Of a DNA stretch of 64,000 nt, positions 48,435 through 60,239 are shown piece after piece; within the stretch, counting starts at the first letter, position 1, and the number at the start of each line of letters is the position of its first letter. Both the position numbers and the translations under genes were made by a program. The stretch lies in contig JAUPSS010000002.1 in NCBI GenBank assembly GCA_040285825.1, positions 868,001-932,000 on the forward strand, given 5' to 3'. Under the pieces are notes generated by a model that saw only the letters and a program-made list of their open reading frames with translations, ran no database searches and was not told the origin of the DNA. Source of the DNA: Eukaryota sp. TZLM1-RC. Taxonomy: Eukaryota; Protista; Metamonada: BaSk clade.

Positions 48435-51400
48435 CTACTTGAAAGCACAAGAAGACCTCCTTCGCTTGGGAGAATCTAGAGCACGCAATTGTCTCAACCT
48501 CAAAGGATTGATGACATCAACATTTAAATCTCTATTAGGATTGCTTGAGCAAGAGTTTTCAAAACGCTGGTAGGTAATTGAATGACTATTTGTAAAAAAG
48601 TCCAACAAATTTGAAAAACAAAGATCCACGGAACCAACCATTTGAGAAAACAGGGTCATTCCTGTATGTACAGAGAGATTTTCAACAACTTTCTGAGCTT
48701 TTGCCTCGGATTTCTGGTGATTTTCTACCAACTTCTCCTGATTTAAAGTAGACTGTTCCACATATTGTTGAAAATCAATTGTTAAGCATCTAAATTTACC
48801 TTCATTATTAACAAAAGCATCACTTAGATGATAACAAAAATCTTGCAACTCAAATGAAAAAGTCTTCAAGTTAATATTTTCATTTAAAACAGATGATAAT
48901 TGCTTTTTAAGACACTGGCAAATGGCAAATCCCATGGCATTAGCTACGGATTTAGCTCTATAATTAACCAAATTAGCACTAATTTCAGCCTTAAAGGAGT
49001 TGAATTTGTCACCAACTAAGCGAACTAAGGCCAATAATGAACCAAAAGGACCAAGTAGAGAGTGCCAGCTGTCATTTGCTGGCATTCCATCCACTGAACC
49101 ACTACTATTGACCGAATGATCAAGCAATCCGAACAATTCTAGTTCTTCAATGGACATTTGAGATAGGTCTTCATGTAGAATTGACTCAAAAAGTTTGTCA
49201 AGTTCGGAAACTTGCTCATCAAGAGTGTCGTGATTAAGGTCTGATTGAAGTGAACAGTCAGAATCGGAATGTGAATCATAATCGTAATCTGATTGATTGA
49301 CAGTTGATTGATTACGTGGAGAAACCAACAATGAATCAAGCTTGGTAAAATCAAAATTCTGAATGACACCAACTTCGAGCTTACCACTGCAGGGTTTCAT
49401 TTTTACAATCATTGGTTCAAGAAAGTCTCGAGATTTGATGGAAAATCCAAAACTAGTCAAAACTTCCTTTGGTTTCAGTTTCCTTTTTGTCAGGACCTGA
49501 TCACGTAGTAGTTTCCGGTGGTCATTAATTACACGAGGGTCAACAGTCGCGAACTGATCATCAACCAATATCTTAAAGACAGACTTGTCTACCACTGAAT
49601 CAAGAATAGAAGAAACAACTGCAACCGAATCATTTTGATTACAATCATTTTGATTGACATTAGACTGTATAGAACTTCCACCAGATACCAGCGTTCTTGC
49701 ATTGTGTCCGATCATTTTATCAAATACATCTCCCAACAAACTCTCTTCACCATGGAAAATGCCACTAACCCATTCAGAGAATAGCTCAGAAGCTTGTAAA
49801 ACATAAGGATCAACATCACAATCAGAAGAGCTCATACTATCCTTGCCTGTTTCTAGGCAAAATTTGGCCAAGTCTAACCTCAATCTAGACAACACACTGT
49901 CAACTTTGCGAAGTGCTGTAATTAAAGTGAATTTTTCTGCCTTAAGATCGTCAACGGCCTCGCTAGAAACGTTAGATCTATTCTCCAACTCTGAATTTCT
50001 ATTCTGGAGGGCAGATATGCGCTTTTCAAATATCTTTTGCATATACTTTAAGCTGTTCTCAGACCGTTCCTTCGCAGACTTCAACATTCCTCCATACATA
50101 TCCTCAAGTTCTTTCCTTTCTTTTGCATTCTCCTGCGCAACCTCTGTTAGCTGCTCAGAATAAGATTCTTCCAGACAATCAATTTGATTCTTAGTTTCCT
50201 CCTTGATTCTGCTCAGACTTTTGTTATACTCAATTTGAGAAGCACTAAGTTGAGCGTTTGTGGTGGCTAAAAGGGACTCTGCTTCCTGGAGTTTTGATTT
50301 AAGATTTTCATTTGTTGATCTAAAATCATTGATTTGATCATTAAGTGAAGAAATTCTGTCTTGAAACTCTTTTTGGGCGGATTCATAAGCGAATTCAGCC
50401 TTAGCTTCAACATCTTTGAGCTTTTGAATTAAGATCTCCTTTTCTGATTCATTGTCATCACTCGACGAATCAGTCACGTCATCAGTAACATCATCAAAAT
50501 CCATTGCTAAGCCCTCTAACAATCCAAATCTTTCCTTATAAAGATCCAAATATCTAGATTGCTTGGTTATTTTAATTCTCAACTTACCAATAACATCCTC
50601 CTGGGAATCCAGCTCAGCTTGGAGCTTCTGACAAAGTGCTCTATAATCAACAGCAATGTTCCTCCTAGCTTCAACTTTAACCTTGGTGGCTCTGTCAGCA
50701 AAGCGAAGAGTGTTGATGGTTTCATTTGAATTAATAACTGAGGGCCCCACACAACAAATCAAAGTAGTTTTGCTATTGCCACCAAGAGAATCGTTCAAAA
50801 GCCTTGTTAGTTTTGAATCTCTATAAGGAACGTGTTTACAATTAGGATCAGCTAGCGCTGCCACCACATTACCCAAAGCTGAAAGAGATAGATTAATCGC
50901 CTTGGCTTCTTCTTGTCTCATTCCACTCACGTTTGTCTTCTTTATCCTTTCTGATCCAGCTAGATCAACCAGGTAAAGCTTTGATTGAATAAGAGTCTTA
51001 TCGATTTCTTGAGAATTTCCTTCATCATTGGAGGGATGTTTTCTTCTTTTTTCTAAATAGACAATAGCAATAGCATGAGATCTACTTGACTGAGCATTCA
51101 TTGAAGTAAAAGCTGAAACCCTGTTCGAGTTTCCCGTATCTAAAAGCACCATGCATTCCTCGGCACTTTTGACGTTGACTTTGGCAACATTTTGGAGGAA
51201 TACCCCGTTGTCAGGGTCTTCTCTGATGGCAATGTCTAGAGTTAAGAAAAGAAAAATAAACAAACGAGTTTGATCAGGAAATAATAAATCAGAAATTACT
51301 TCTTGGTAAATTTGTATATAGGATAAAGAAACAGTAATATGATACTGAGGATCAGTCCTGGTAGTTTCAAAGATATGATGTAAAGCACGTGGAATAATAC

Positions 51401-51748
51401 CATAGTTGTCTCTGTCAAAGTTACTCAGAGTGTAGGTCTAGGGTTAAAGTTAGGGTTAGATACCTTTCCAGTACCAGTTTGTCCATATGCAAGAATAGTA
51501 CCGTTATAACCCTCAAGTACATCATCAACTACAGGTTTAGCAACTTCTTCGTAAACATGCTGTTGAGTTGAATTATCGGAGAGAATGAGATCAAAGAGAA
51601 AAGACTTGGCTGACGAAGCTTGATAGGTAAGTTTGTTGACAGTTATAGAATTATCTTCGACAGAGAGAGCAAGACCATCATTAAGTTCTTGTGGTGTTGC
51701 AGGACGTGGTCTGATTGCAACCCTAACACGACCTTCCGTGCTATCCAT
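48435..51748 (-). CDS. N-terminal motor kinesin; introns at 51438-51463 (26 nt) and 51236-51265 (30 nt)
   Basis: RVRVAIRPRP, AYGQTGTGK|TYT, SSRSH, LVDLAGSE, HVPYRDSKLTRLL, coiled-coil tail. Confidence 0.95.
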
Positions 51749-51873
51749 TTCCTTTAAAAGAAGGAGGCAGTTGTTTATAGGTTGTTCAGAAGGTAATGTG
51801 AATTTCTATCAAAACAGACTTCTGTGGTTTGTGAATTTAGTGCATACTATCGTCCATTTCTGTGGTTTTCACT

Positions 51874-52026
51874 TGAAATGCATACTTTCATCAAGCATCA
51901 TTCAAACTTATTCCAAGAACTTTCATTCTTGGTGAGATCGTCCACAGACGTTCTAGAATCCTCGAATAATTGGCCACCAATCTCAGTGAGCCCATTTCTC
52001 CTCTAAAACAATACGTAGCTTTGAAG
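51874..52026 (-). ncRNA. Candidate Fanzor omega-RNA scaffold (copy B)
   Basis: Outer stem TTCAAA-G-CT..TATT / AATA-AG-TTTGAA encloses TGAGAT/ATCTCA, ATTGG/CCAAT, CGTC/GACG and CCAAGAA-tGAAAg-TTCTTGG hairpins; ends CATTTCA. Confidence 0.55.
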
Positions 52027-52915
52027 CTAGTTTCTTTGTGGTCTCTGGAACGCTTCTGGTCTTGTTCCATAGTAGTGCTCACTAACTGCAATTTCTAGCT
52101 GATTTAGTGATGCAGAAATGTCTCTAGACCATACTTGATTACATTCCGGACAACTGAAATAGGCGTTGTGAACTTTAACTTCACCGTCAACTTCTCTATA
52201 GATCTTTTGGTGTAGCATCTTGCAGCAGTTCACCTTTGCAGATGTCATATATTCATCTCCGATCTTCACATTAGCAAATGAACATTGTAACAACTTGAGA
52301 AACGCCTTATGTGGGTGTTTTCACTTTTTGTCGTGATGTACTACCACCTCCATTGCCAAACCACACCTTTACTTCTCGACCGTTTGCAAATTTTTTCACT
52401 TTGATGGTAATTGAGCTGAATCTTTTCTGTTTTCTTATAAAGAAGTCAAATGTGTTTTTCCTCAATGCTTTTCGAGCACTCAGATATAATTGCTGCTTTG
52501 GCAATGATCGTCTTACGTTATTACCTTCATAGTCCTTATAGTCACTGATAGTTGATATTTCAAGCAAATAATGGTTCAATTTCTGCACGTCGTAAACATC
52601 TATTGATGAGTGGGTCAGTGAAGCGGAGTGATTGATTTTTCTTTGCTTTGGTGTCAAGAAAATATTGGATACGGTCGGCCCTGCACGTGTTTCAATGCTG
52701 GAACCACATAGAATTGAGTGGTTGGGGTCGATGACCCAGAACACCATTTCCGTTTCATCATCAGGTGCCTGCCACTCAGTAGCTTTCGTTTTCTGGCGAG
52801 GTCTTGGCCGTTCAACCTTGGGTTGCAGAGAATTGGCTTGCGGTACATTGCATCGACTAGTTGTTGGACATACCTACTTGTGGGTAGGCCGCACGATTAC
52901 GACCTTTTCTTGACA
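52027..52915 (-). pseudogene. Fanzor family 2 copy B; complete RuvC and Zn finger, one frameshift near 52312, N-terminus missing
   Basis: WVIDPNH (D), GDEYMTSAKVNCC (E), CPEC, WSRDISASLNQ (D), RPEAFQR. Confidence 0.88.
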
Positions 52916-52959
52916 TGAACAAGACAGTAAACGGCCATGAAGTAGAGACCCTGATTTCG

Positions 52960-53250
52960 ATATCACAACTCATGCACAAACACATGCAACAGAAGATATT
53001 CAAGTACGAGCAATTTACACGCACTTATGACTGGAGAAAAGTCAAGCTGAAGTAGCTGAATTTTTCCTTGTTTCTCAGTCAACATTATCTAGATGGCTGG
53101 TAAAGGCTTTTACTCCAAAGCCTGAAACACAAACATCTCCTTCCCGATGTTTCACTGCTGAAGACATCTTAATCCTCACAGATCTTGTAAATGAACAGCC
53201 CTTACTACACTTGAAAGAAATTGCTGACAGTTCTGGCTTTTGACCAATTC
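52960..53250 (+). pseudogene. IS630/Tc1-like transposase N-terminal HTH fragment
   Basis: HATEDIQVRAIYTHL*LEKSQAEVAEFFLVSQSTLSRWL...FTAEDILILTDLVNEQPLLHLKEI. Confidence 0.6.
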
Positions 53251-53372
53251 ATGCAATCTTGATAGACGTTATGCATACTTTAGATCCATCACTATATGAT
53301 ATCACGATCAAATGATAGTTAAAGCAGCAACATCACAATGCGCGTACAGGTACGCAATACATGGAAAAGCAC

Positions 53373-55270
53373 TTATCTATGTTGTCTTTGGAACGTCTCA
53401 GGTCTTTCACTGTAGTAGTGCTCACTTATGGCAATGTCCAGTTGGTTTCTGGAAGCTGAGATGTCTCTCGACCACAGTGTCTGACATTGAGGGCAAACAA
53501 ACTTATCAATGTTCACCCTCCCATCATCGTGATACACCTTTTGATTGAATACCTTACAGCAATTTGTTTTGGCAGATGTGTAGAATTCATCTCCATTAGG
53601 CTTCACATATGTAAAATGTTTCTAAATCTCCTTCAAAAAACGCTTCCTTGGGGTTTTCTCATCTTGTCTTGATGGCCCTTCACCTCCACTGCCAAACCAA
53701 ATTATGGTTTCTCTTCCATTAGTCATTAGTTTAATTTTTTCCATTAATCCCATTATTCTTTTTTGCCTTCTGATAAAAAAATCAAACTTGTTGCGGCGCA
53801 GGACTTGGAGATCTCCATTTATCAGCAGTTGGTCTAGTATAGTTCTCGGACGGAAGTCGGGATTGCTGATTTCTTCCTGTGTCGGTACCCACATCAAAGG
53901 CGTTGCTATTTCATACGAATATTCGCGGAAATTCTGTACGAAATAGCAATTTGGTGATGCATGGGTCATAAAAGGCGGCTGAATAATGTTTTTTGCCCTT
54001 GGATTTAAAACACAACCCGAAAGTTGATGGTTCACATTATTATCATCCATTCTTGATCCAATTAAATACCCACACAAATTTTTGGGGTTAGGATCAATTG
54101 CACAAAACGAATATTCAATTGGATCAACTGGCGGAGGCTCATAGGCGTCCTCAGTTCTTCGACGTTGCCTTGGCCGGACCTGTTGTTGAAGTCTAGAGTT
54201 TCGCATTCGACTCTTTGCAGGCATATTGTAATGTCCACTGGCTCTGGCGTCAAATTCTCTGGCTGAGCGGCAATGCTTGGTTCTCTTAGGAGCTGTGGAG
54301 AATGTTACCCTGAGAGATAATCCATTTGATGCAAGGATATACGTGGCAAAGTTTTTTTTGTTGAAGAGCTTGAATGAGTTTCTGAGTAGTTGTCGGTTTG
54401 GATTTAAACGCAAGAAGTGTTTGTCAACTTGTTGACTGAAAGAAATAATACCTGGTGAGTAGCTTGCGGATGGAGCGAGAGCGAGTCTCTTCATTGTTTC
54501 ACCCGCCATGTTTTCGAGGAAAAACATACGTGGGCCAGCGGAGAAGATAAAAGTCATCGATTCAACATTCAGTTGGGTGTCAACTTCTTCTAGGAGGGCT
54601 TGGAACCTATCAGGGTCACCTACTTGTTGGTTAAATAAAGCAGTTATGTGAGCATGATGTTGCTCATACCAACCAAGTAGCTGTTTTGAAACAGCGGAAT
54701 CTTTGAGAACAGCAGTAGCATACCCTTTGGAGCTGGACAGTCAAAGAAGACTGCAACTGTTTTGTAAAAGTTAAGCTTCCATAAAACTGGGCCATCTGTC
54801 ATTATTTAACAGAAGCTGTTCGCCATTTGGAGTGCGCGAAAGCTTCGGATTTCGGAATGGCACCAGTTGTCAGTCCTTTTGTCACAACCCAGAGAGGGGA
54901 AGAGCCACCTGGTTGGGTCAGAAGCAGAACAAAGAGCCTCGTAGACCTTCCGGTGGTTCTCAAAGGGTCGCTGGACTGGAGGACTGGCCATCACCACAAT
55001 GTCCTGGCATTGATACCAGAACTGTTGATGGTACAGCCAATGGGCCATGTTTGGATGCATCAATAAAAAATACTGAGCAAGACGACAGGCCACGACGCTG
55101 ACAGTTTGTATGTAACGAAACTGTCGCTCCGTTGCATTTCTTGCAGCACTGGCGAAGAATTTGGCAGCTCCTGTAGCAACGGTTGTCTTCCTTGTGGTAT
55201 TTTGGCGCTCGGGACGGTTAACCTCCCAGGGGAGTACACGTTCTCGACGTGGCAACTCTGGATTTGTCAT
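53373..55270 (-). pseudogene. Fanzor family 2 copy C, near full length (about 630 codons), a few stops and frameshifts
   Basis: ORF pieces 54806-55270, 53622-54557 and 53373-53606 are collinear; CAIDPNP, GDEFYTSAKTNCC, CPQC, WSRDISASRNQ. Confidence 0.88.
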
Positions 55271-55370
55271 TGGGGTGAATATGTCAGTCGAGAAAAGATC
55301 AGACAGTAAACAATAAAACTTGATTTATTCACAACTTCTTACATCTACAAAAATACAAAGCCTAGAAAAT

Positions 55371-57119
55371 CAATAAACTAAATAAACTAGATGAACTTAA
55401 ACTAATGATGACGTAATACATTACGTTATTCTTGCCAAAACGGGAAGGTTGAGTTTAGCCTTAGCTACACTGACCGTGGAGCTTGTCAGGCTTCTCGCAC
55501 AGAACAAAGACTTGGTCCTTAATTTGAGGAACATATTTCGGAGGAGTGGATAGTGGTCTCTTTTTGGTGGCAGATATTACAGAGGCCCACAAACGAGACA
55601 GACGATCGGTAACAGAAGCGGCATGGCGGAGATACACAGGGATGTCAGGTTCTTGAAGTATCGAGGATAACTTTTGTAAAACGGAATGGGGAAGCAAGGG
55701 GGGGGGTAGTTTCGGTACCAAACATCAATTGATACGGTAAATGATTGAGTGAAGGACGGTGATGTGAGTTTATCAGCATCTGGCAGATTGAGACGTAATG
55801 AGATCAATTGTCATTGTCGGAGAAGTCGAGCAGTAGTGTACGGAGGCCTTGGAGGAAGGTTTTGTGTTGGCGCGCTCTACGAGTCTGTTAGATTGATGGA
55901 AATGCGGGATGGACAGAGAGTGCTCCATGTTCAGGTAGAAACACAACAAAGAGAAGATGCGACTGGAGAATTCAGGACCATTATCCGAATGAATGGATTT
56001 GGGCGCGCCAAATACTGAGAATACGTGAGTGAGTATAGCGTCAACAATGGTCTGGCCCTTCTGGATGCGAGAGGGGACTAGTATGCTAAACTTAGTGAAG
56101 GCGTCTACAAAATGGACTATATATTTCTGTCCGGCAACGTCAAAAGGCAGAGGGCCAATACAATCGCAGTGTAGGTATCTGAAGAGGCGACTTGCGGAAC
56201 CAAGGGCACCGGTGGTGGAAATGGGCTGGTACGTGAACGCAATCATAAGAAAAAAATTGCAACACAAGGATCCAACGCAGCACTACTCGGTTGGTGTCAG
56301 GGCAGGAAAGCAGGTAAGACAGATTCTTATGGTCACAAAACAAGGTCAAGTGCTTAGTGAGTAAGAAGAAGGCGAGATTTGGTTGATTCAGAATCATTAC
56401 TATTGCAAATAGTTCTTTTTGGAGGGTTGACCAGTTGCACTGCGCTAGAGTAGAAGAAGATGGACATTGCTTTTCTTTTCGATAAGCGGGTCCAGGCGGC
56501 GAAGGATTTTATGTCTTCCAGATGATGCCAACGATGGTTCCAGTGGAGACAAGTATGTTTGCGTCACAGTCTGGGAGAGCAAGGGGGGAGGCTGTTTATC
56601 ACCATGTTCTTGATAATGTTAAAACAGGAGTGGACGCAGGATTTTTTCGTTTCAGTAGAAACAGGGGTGGATTCAGAGGGATCTTCGGGACTAGATTCGG
56701 ATTTTTTGGAGAGAGAAAGTTTAGACTTTAAGGCGGCGACTTCCTGGGTGAGAGCCTTGATAGCTTCTTAATCGGAATTAGAAAATGAGGACTTGGTCGC
56801 GTTTAAACAGGAGGGAGACTGAGAGTAAGTAGAGGACGCTAAAGGCCTTCCATAGACTGGGGGATGGCTTCTCGACCAGTGTGCTGCAGGTAGGGAGCGA
56901 CATGAGGGTACTTGGCGGCAGAAGTGGATTCTCTTGAGTCCACAGTAATTACTGATGGCTTCAGTAATTTCAGTAGTAAACTTAAATAACACAGACGTTT
57001 ATAGACAGCATTAAATAACCAATGAACTAAATGAACTAGATGAACTTAAACTAATGATGACGTAATACATTACGTCATTCTTCCCAGAACGGGAAGGTTG
57101 AGTTTAGCCTTAGCTAACA
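55371..57119 (-). mobile_element. Internally deleted Ty3/gypsy relic; LTRs at about 56953-57119 (5') and 55371-55469 (partial 3')
   Basis: About 100-bp direct repeats starting TGT(T)AGCTAAGG on minus; RNase H (KELFA, CDHKNL) and integrase (DCIGPLP, VDAFTKF, HSDNGPEF) remnants. Confidence 0.85.
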
Positions 57120-57146
57120 ATTGGACAATGTAAATAATTCAATTAG

Positions 57147-57610
57147 ATGAAAACTATATTGATGATCTCAATAAACAATCAGACAAGCAATGAAATTGCA
57201 GGTATTGACCATACCGTACATGGTACAATACTAAACCCAGTGTTTGAAGTTCCCAACTCAGAGGCAAAAGTCTGCCAGACTGGTCAATCTAATGATGCTG
57301 TTATCTTAAGTGAAACAAACCAACCTTACAGAAATTGCAAAAAATTATATATTTTTGAAACAAGTAAAAGCCTTGTTATTTAAACATAACGACAAAAACT
57401 CCCAAAAAATCATTGAATAAAAACTGAAGAGAATTTTGTGAAAAAAACAAACGGGCAGTGGAAACTTTCAACATCAGAGAAGTTTAAACAAACAAAAACA
57501 GACTATCTTAACTCAATTGTCGTCAGGAACACCATCAGGGGTACTGAACTGAACAGATTTCTTCAAAAAGCTGGTATCAAAGTCTATTTAATATATGCTT
57601 GTCCTTAAAC
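57147..57610 (+). pseudogene. Possible Fanzor1 relic H
   Basis: IAGIDH (RuvC-I-like) and TIRGTELNRFLQKAGIKVYLI, resembling PTKGKGLR..L.KAGYKVYLIDE. Confidence 0.45.
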
Positions 57611-58015
57611 AATTATGAAGACAAAATTCAAACAAAATTGGACTGAAGAAATGTTGATATGAATCTAGTCTTAATCTTAATTATGAAAACAGTAAATCAG
57701 GCGATTAGGATGACAGCGGTGCTCTTAACATATACAGGACTACAAAATCCGAAATTTATAACAATTGTAGACCAACGGTTTGACTTATATCTGTGAATGT
57801 GATAAGGACAGTGGAAAGTATCAGTGTTATAGTTTATGAGAATGGATAGAATTATGCTCTTTTTGAGTTGAATGTCCAAGGACCCACATCTCCCAGCTCT
57901 TTTTTTCATTTTGTATTTATATTTTTTTGCTACCAAAATTGCTGTCAGATACACCAGTGCAGTTTCAGACAAGATCTATCCAACTTACCCGTACTTTTAG
58001 ATATCACCTTCCAGA

Positions 58016-60091
58016 ATGACCTCATATCTTCAAGTCATTGGCTCTGGGCGTCCAGATTCATCACCTTCTCTTCTATTATTTTTTCCCCACAGACGTTATG
58101 CTTTTAATGTCGGTGATGGGTTTCAGCGTTATTGCTCAGAACATAAGATCAGACTGTCCAAAGTGGATCACTTTTTGTTCACGTCTCTATCTTGTAAAAC
58201 TTTGGGAGGTTTATCTGGTTTACTTTTAACTATATCTGACATCGGTGTTCCATCTATTAATCTTCATGGTCCTCCTGGGCTTTCCTCCACTGTGTCTTCT
58301 CTCAAATCATTTATACACCGCCCTGACTTTATGATTAACACTTCAGAGTTTGATGTTGTGGATCCTTACCTTTCTTTCCAGGATGATACAATCACTCTTT
58401 ACCATGTACCTTGCTCCAAGAACTCTCTTCTGTTCATTCAAACTCCTGATGTTTATGGACAGTTTGATGTAGCAAAGGCTAAATCTTTAGGTGTACCTCC
58501 TGGGCCTTTATACTCGCAATTGAAGAAGGGTCAAGCTGTTACAGTTGGTGGTGTGGAAATTCTGCCTAGTGAGGTTGTGGGATCAACTGAGAGAGGGTCA
58601 AGGCTGGTAATTGTTGATTTTGATCATGCTGATGCGATAGTTTCCTTTCTCGCAAATTCTTTTATTTCTGACCATGTAGATGAGTTTGATGATGTTACTG
58701 TCGTTGTTCATTTAGTTTGTCGTTTTAAATGTCGTGATTTATTAAAGTCACCACATTATCAAAGATTTGTATGCCTCTTCCCGAATGCAACAAATATTTT
58801 GCTCTATAATTCATCAAGTTCTCCTTGTCCCTCCTCAAATGCTCTTCAGGGGTTCCTTTCTTGTCATTTTCCTGGCTATTTCCCCCAACTGAGTGATAGT
58901 TTTGCTTTGAATGCTGATTTTGTAGATCCTTTTATTAATGAATTAAGAGATTATTGGAAGGCTAAGGTTGAACCTGGTGTTGGTTTGCTTAAAATTCTGT
59001 TGAAACAATCAGAAAGAAAGACGAAAAATTGTAATATACTGCTTTCTTCGTTTGTCCCTTCAATAGTCTCCAAGATAAATAAGCTAGACCTAGACGAGTT
59101 TGATGCAATATCAACCACGGTTAAAGATCACATCGTGGTCAACAGAGGTCAATTGACCGGTCGTTCACTTTCTGGAGGCGTTTTGTTCCTTGGAACTGGG
59201 AGTGCTATTCCAAGTAAGTACCGTAATGTTTCTTCAACGTTTATTGGGTATGGTGATGATGTGAGGCGATTTATTGATGGTTCAGCATCAGATCTTTCTG
59301 ATTCCTTTCAATCAGTTTTGATTGATTGCGGAGAGGGTTCTTTTGGTCAATTGTATCGTTTATTTGGTCCAGACAAGATCCAGCGAATTCTTGCTTCCTT
59401 AAGTTTGGTTTACATCACCCACGACCATGCTGATCACAACCTCGGACTCTGGAGGCTGCTCTACGAAAGGAATGGGATAGTCACGGGAGGGGAGATTCAA
59501 TGTGCCCCATTATTGATAATTGCTCCTCGTGGTACAGTCAGCGTTCTCCAGGAGTTGGAAAAGATAGAGTGTTTGGGGAAAGGCGAGAATTATCTTGTTA
59601 TTCCACATTTTGAATTACAAGATCACAGGGGTTTATTAGAGTCCAGAAGATTCTCCTTGAAAATCTCACCAATGGATCACCACGGTAATGCCACTGCCGT
59701 AACTATTCAGTATTCTTTTTCCTCTGATGTTTCCTTTAAAATATCCCATTCAGGTGATGGTCGTCCTAATTCCAATTTCTCAGAAAATTTTGCCAAAAAA
59801 TCTGATATTTTTATTCACGAAGCAACGTTTGGTGATGATTTGATACAGGAAGCTGTTTCTAAAAAGCACTCGACTGTTTCTGAAGCTCTCAACATGGGAA
59901 TTCTGTCTCAGAGTAGTGTTATTTTGCTTTCACATTTTTCACAACGATATCCTCGACTTGTTTCCACTAAGAATTCAGTCAATTTCTTGCCAGTTATGGA
60001 TTATTTTTACCTTCCTTTTGATGATTTAAGTTTTGCTTCACTTTTATATTCATTTCTCGAACCAGTTTTGATTGCTTTGGAAGATGATTAG
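58016..60091 (+). CDS. ELAC2: tRNase Z, long form
   Basis: FNVGDGFQR, exosite GVPPGPLY, FLGTGSAIPSKYRNVS, DCGEGS, HDHADH, HEATF, HST, HFSQRYP. Confidence 0.95.
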   Translation: MTSYLQVIGSGRPDSSPSLLLFFPHRRYAFNVGDGFQRYCSEHKIRLSKVDHFLFTSLSCKTLGGLSGLLLTISDIGVPSINLHGPPGLSSTVSSLKSFIHRPDFMINTSEFDVVDPYLSFQDDTITLYHVPCSKNSLLFIQTPDVYGQFDVAKAKSLGVPPGPLYSQLKKGQAVTVGGVEILPSEVVGSTERGSRLVIVDFDHADAIVSFLANSFISDHVDEFDDVTVVVHLVCRFKCRDLLKSPHYQRFVCLFPNATNILLYNSSSSPCPSSNALQGFLSCHFPGYFPQLSDSFALNADFVDPFINELRDYWKAKVEPGVGLLKILLKQSERKTKNCNILLSSFVPSIVSKINKLDLDEFDAISTTVKDHIVVNRGQLTGRSLSGGVLFLGTGSAIPSKYRNVSSTFIGYGDDVRRFIDGSASDLSDSFQSVLIDCGEGSFGQLYRLFGPDKIQRILASLSLVYITHDHADHNLGLWRLLYERNGIVTGGEIQCAPLLIIAPRGTVSVLQELEKIECLGKGENYLVIPHFELQDHRGLLESRRFSLKISPMDHHGNATAVTIQYSFSSDVSFKISHSGDGRPNSNFSENFAKKSDIFIHEATFGDDLIQEAVSKKHSTVSEALNMGILSQSSVILLSHFSQRYPRLVSTKNSVNFLPVMDYFYLPFDDLSFASLLYSFLEPVLIALEDD

Positions 60092-60239
60092 TTGTCATTC
60101 TTTTTTGTTTATTCCTTGTGTCTCTATTTACCCTCTTGTGAGTTGTTCCTGTTGTATTTACTTATTCGGAACAAGATATTTACCTGAAATTCATTTGAGT
60201 CTGTACCACTTATTAGCTTAAAATATCAGAATAAACTCA

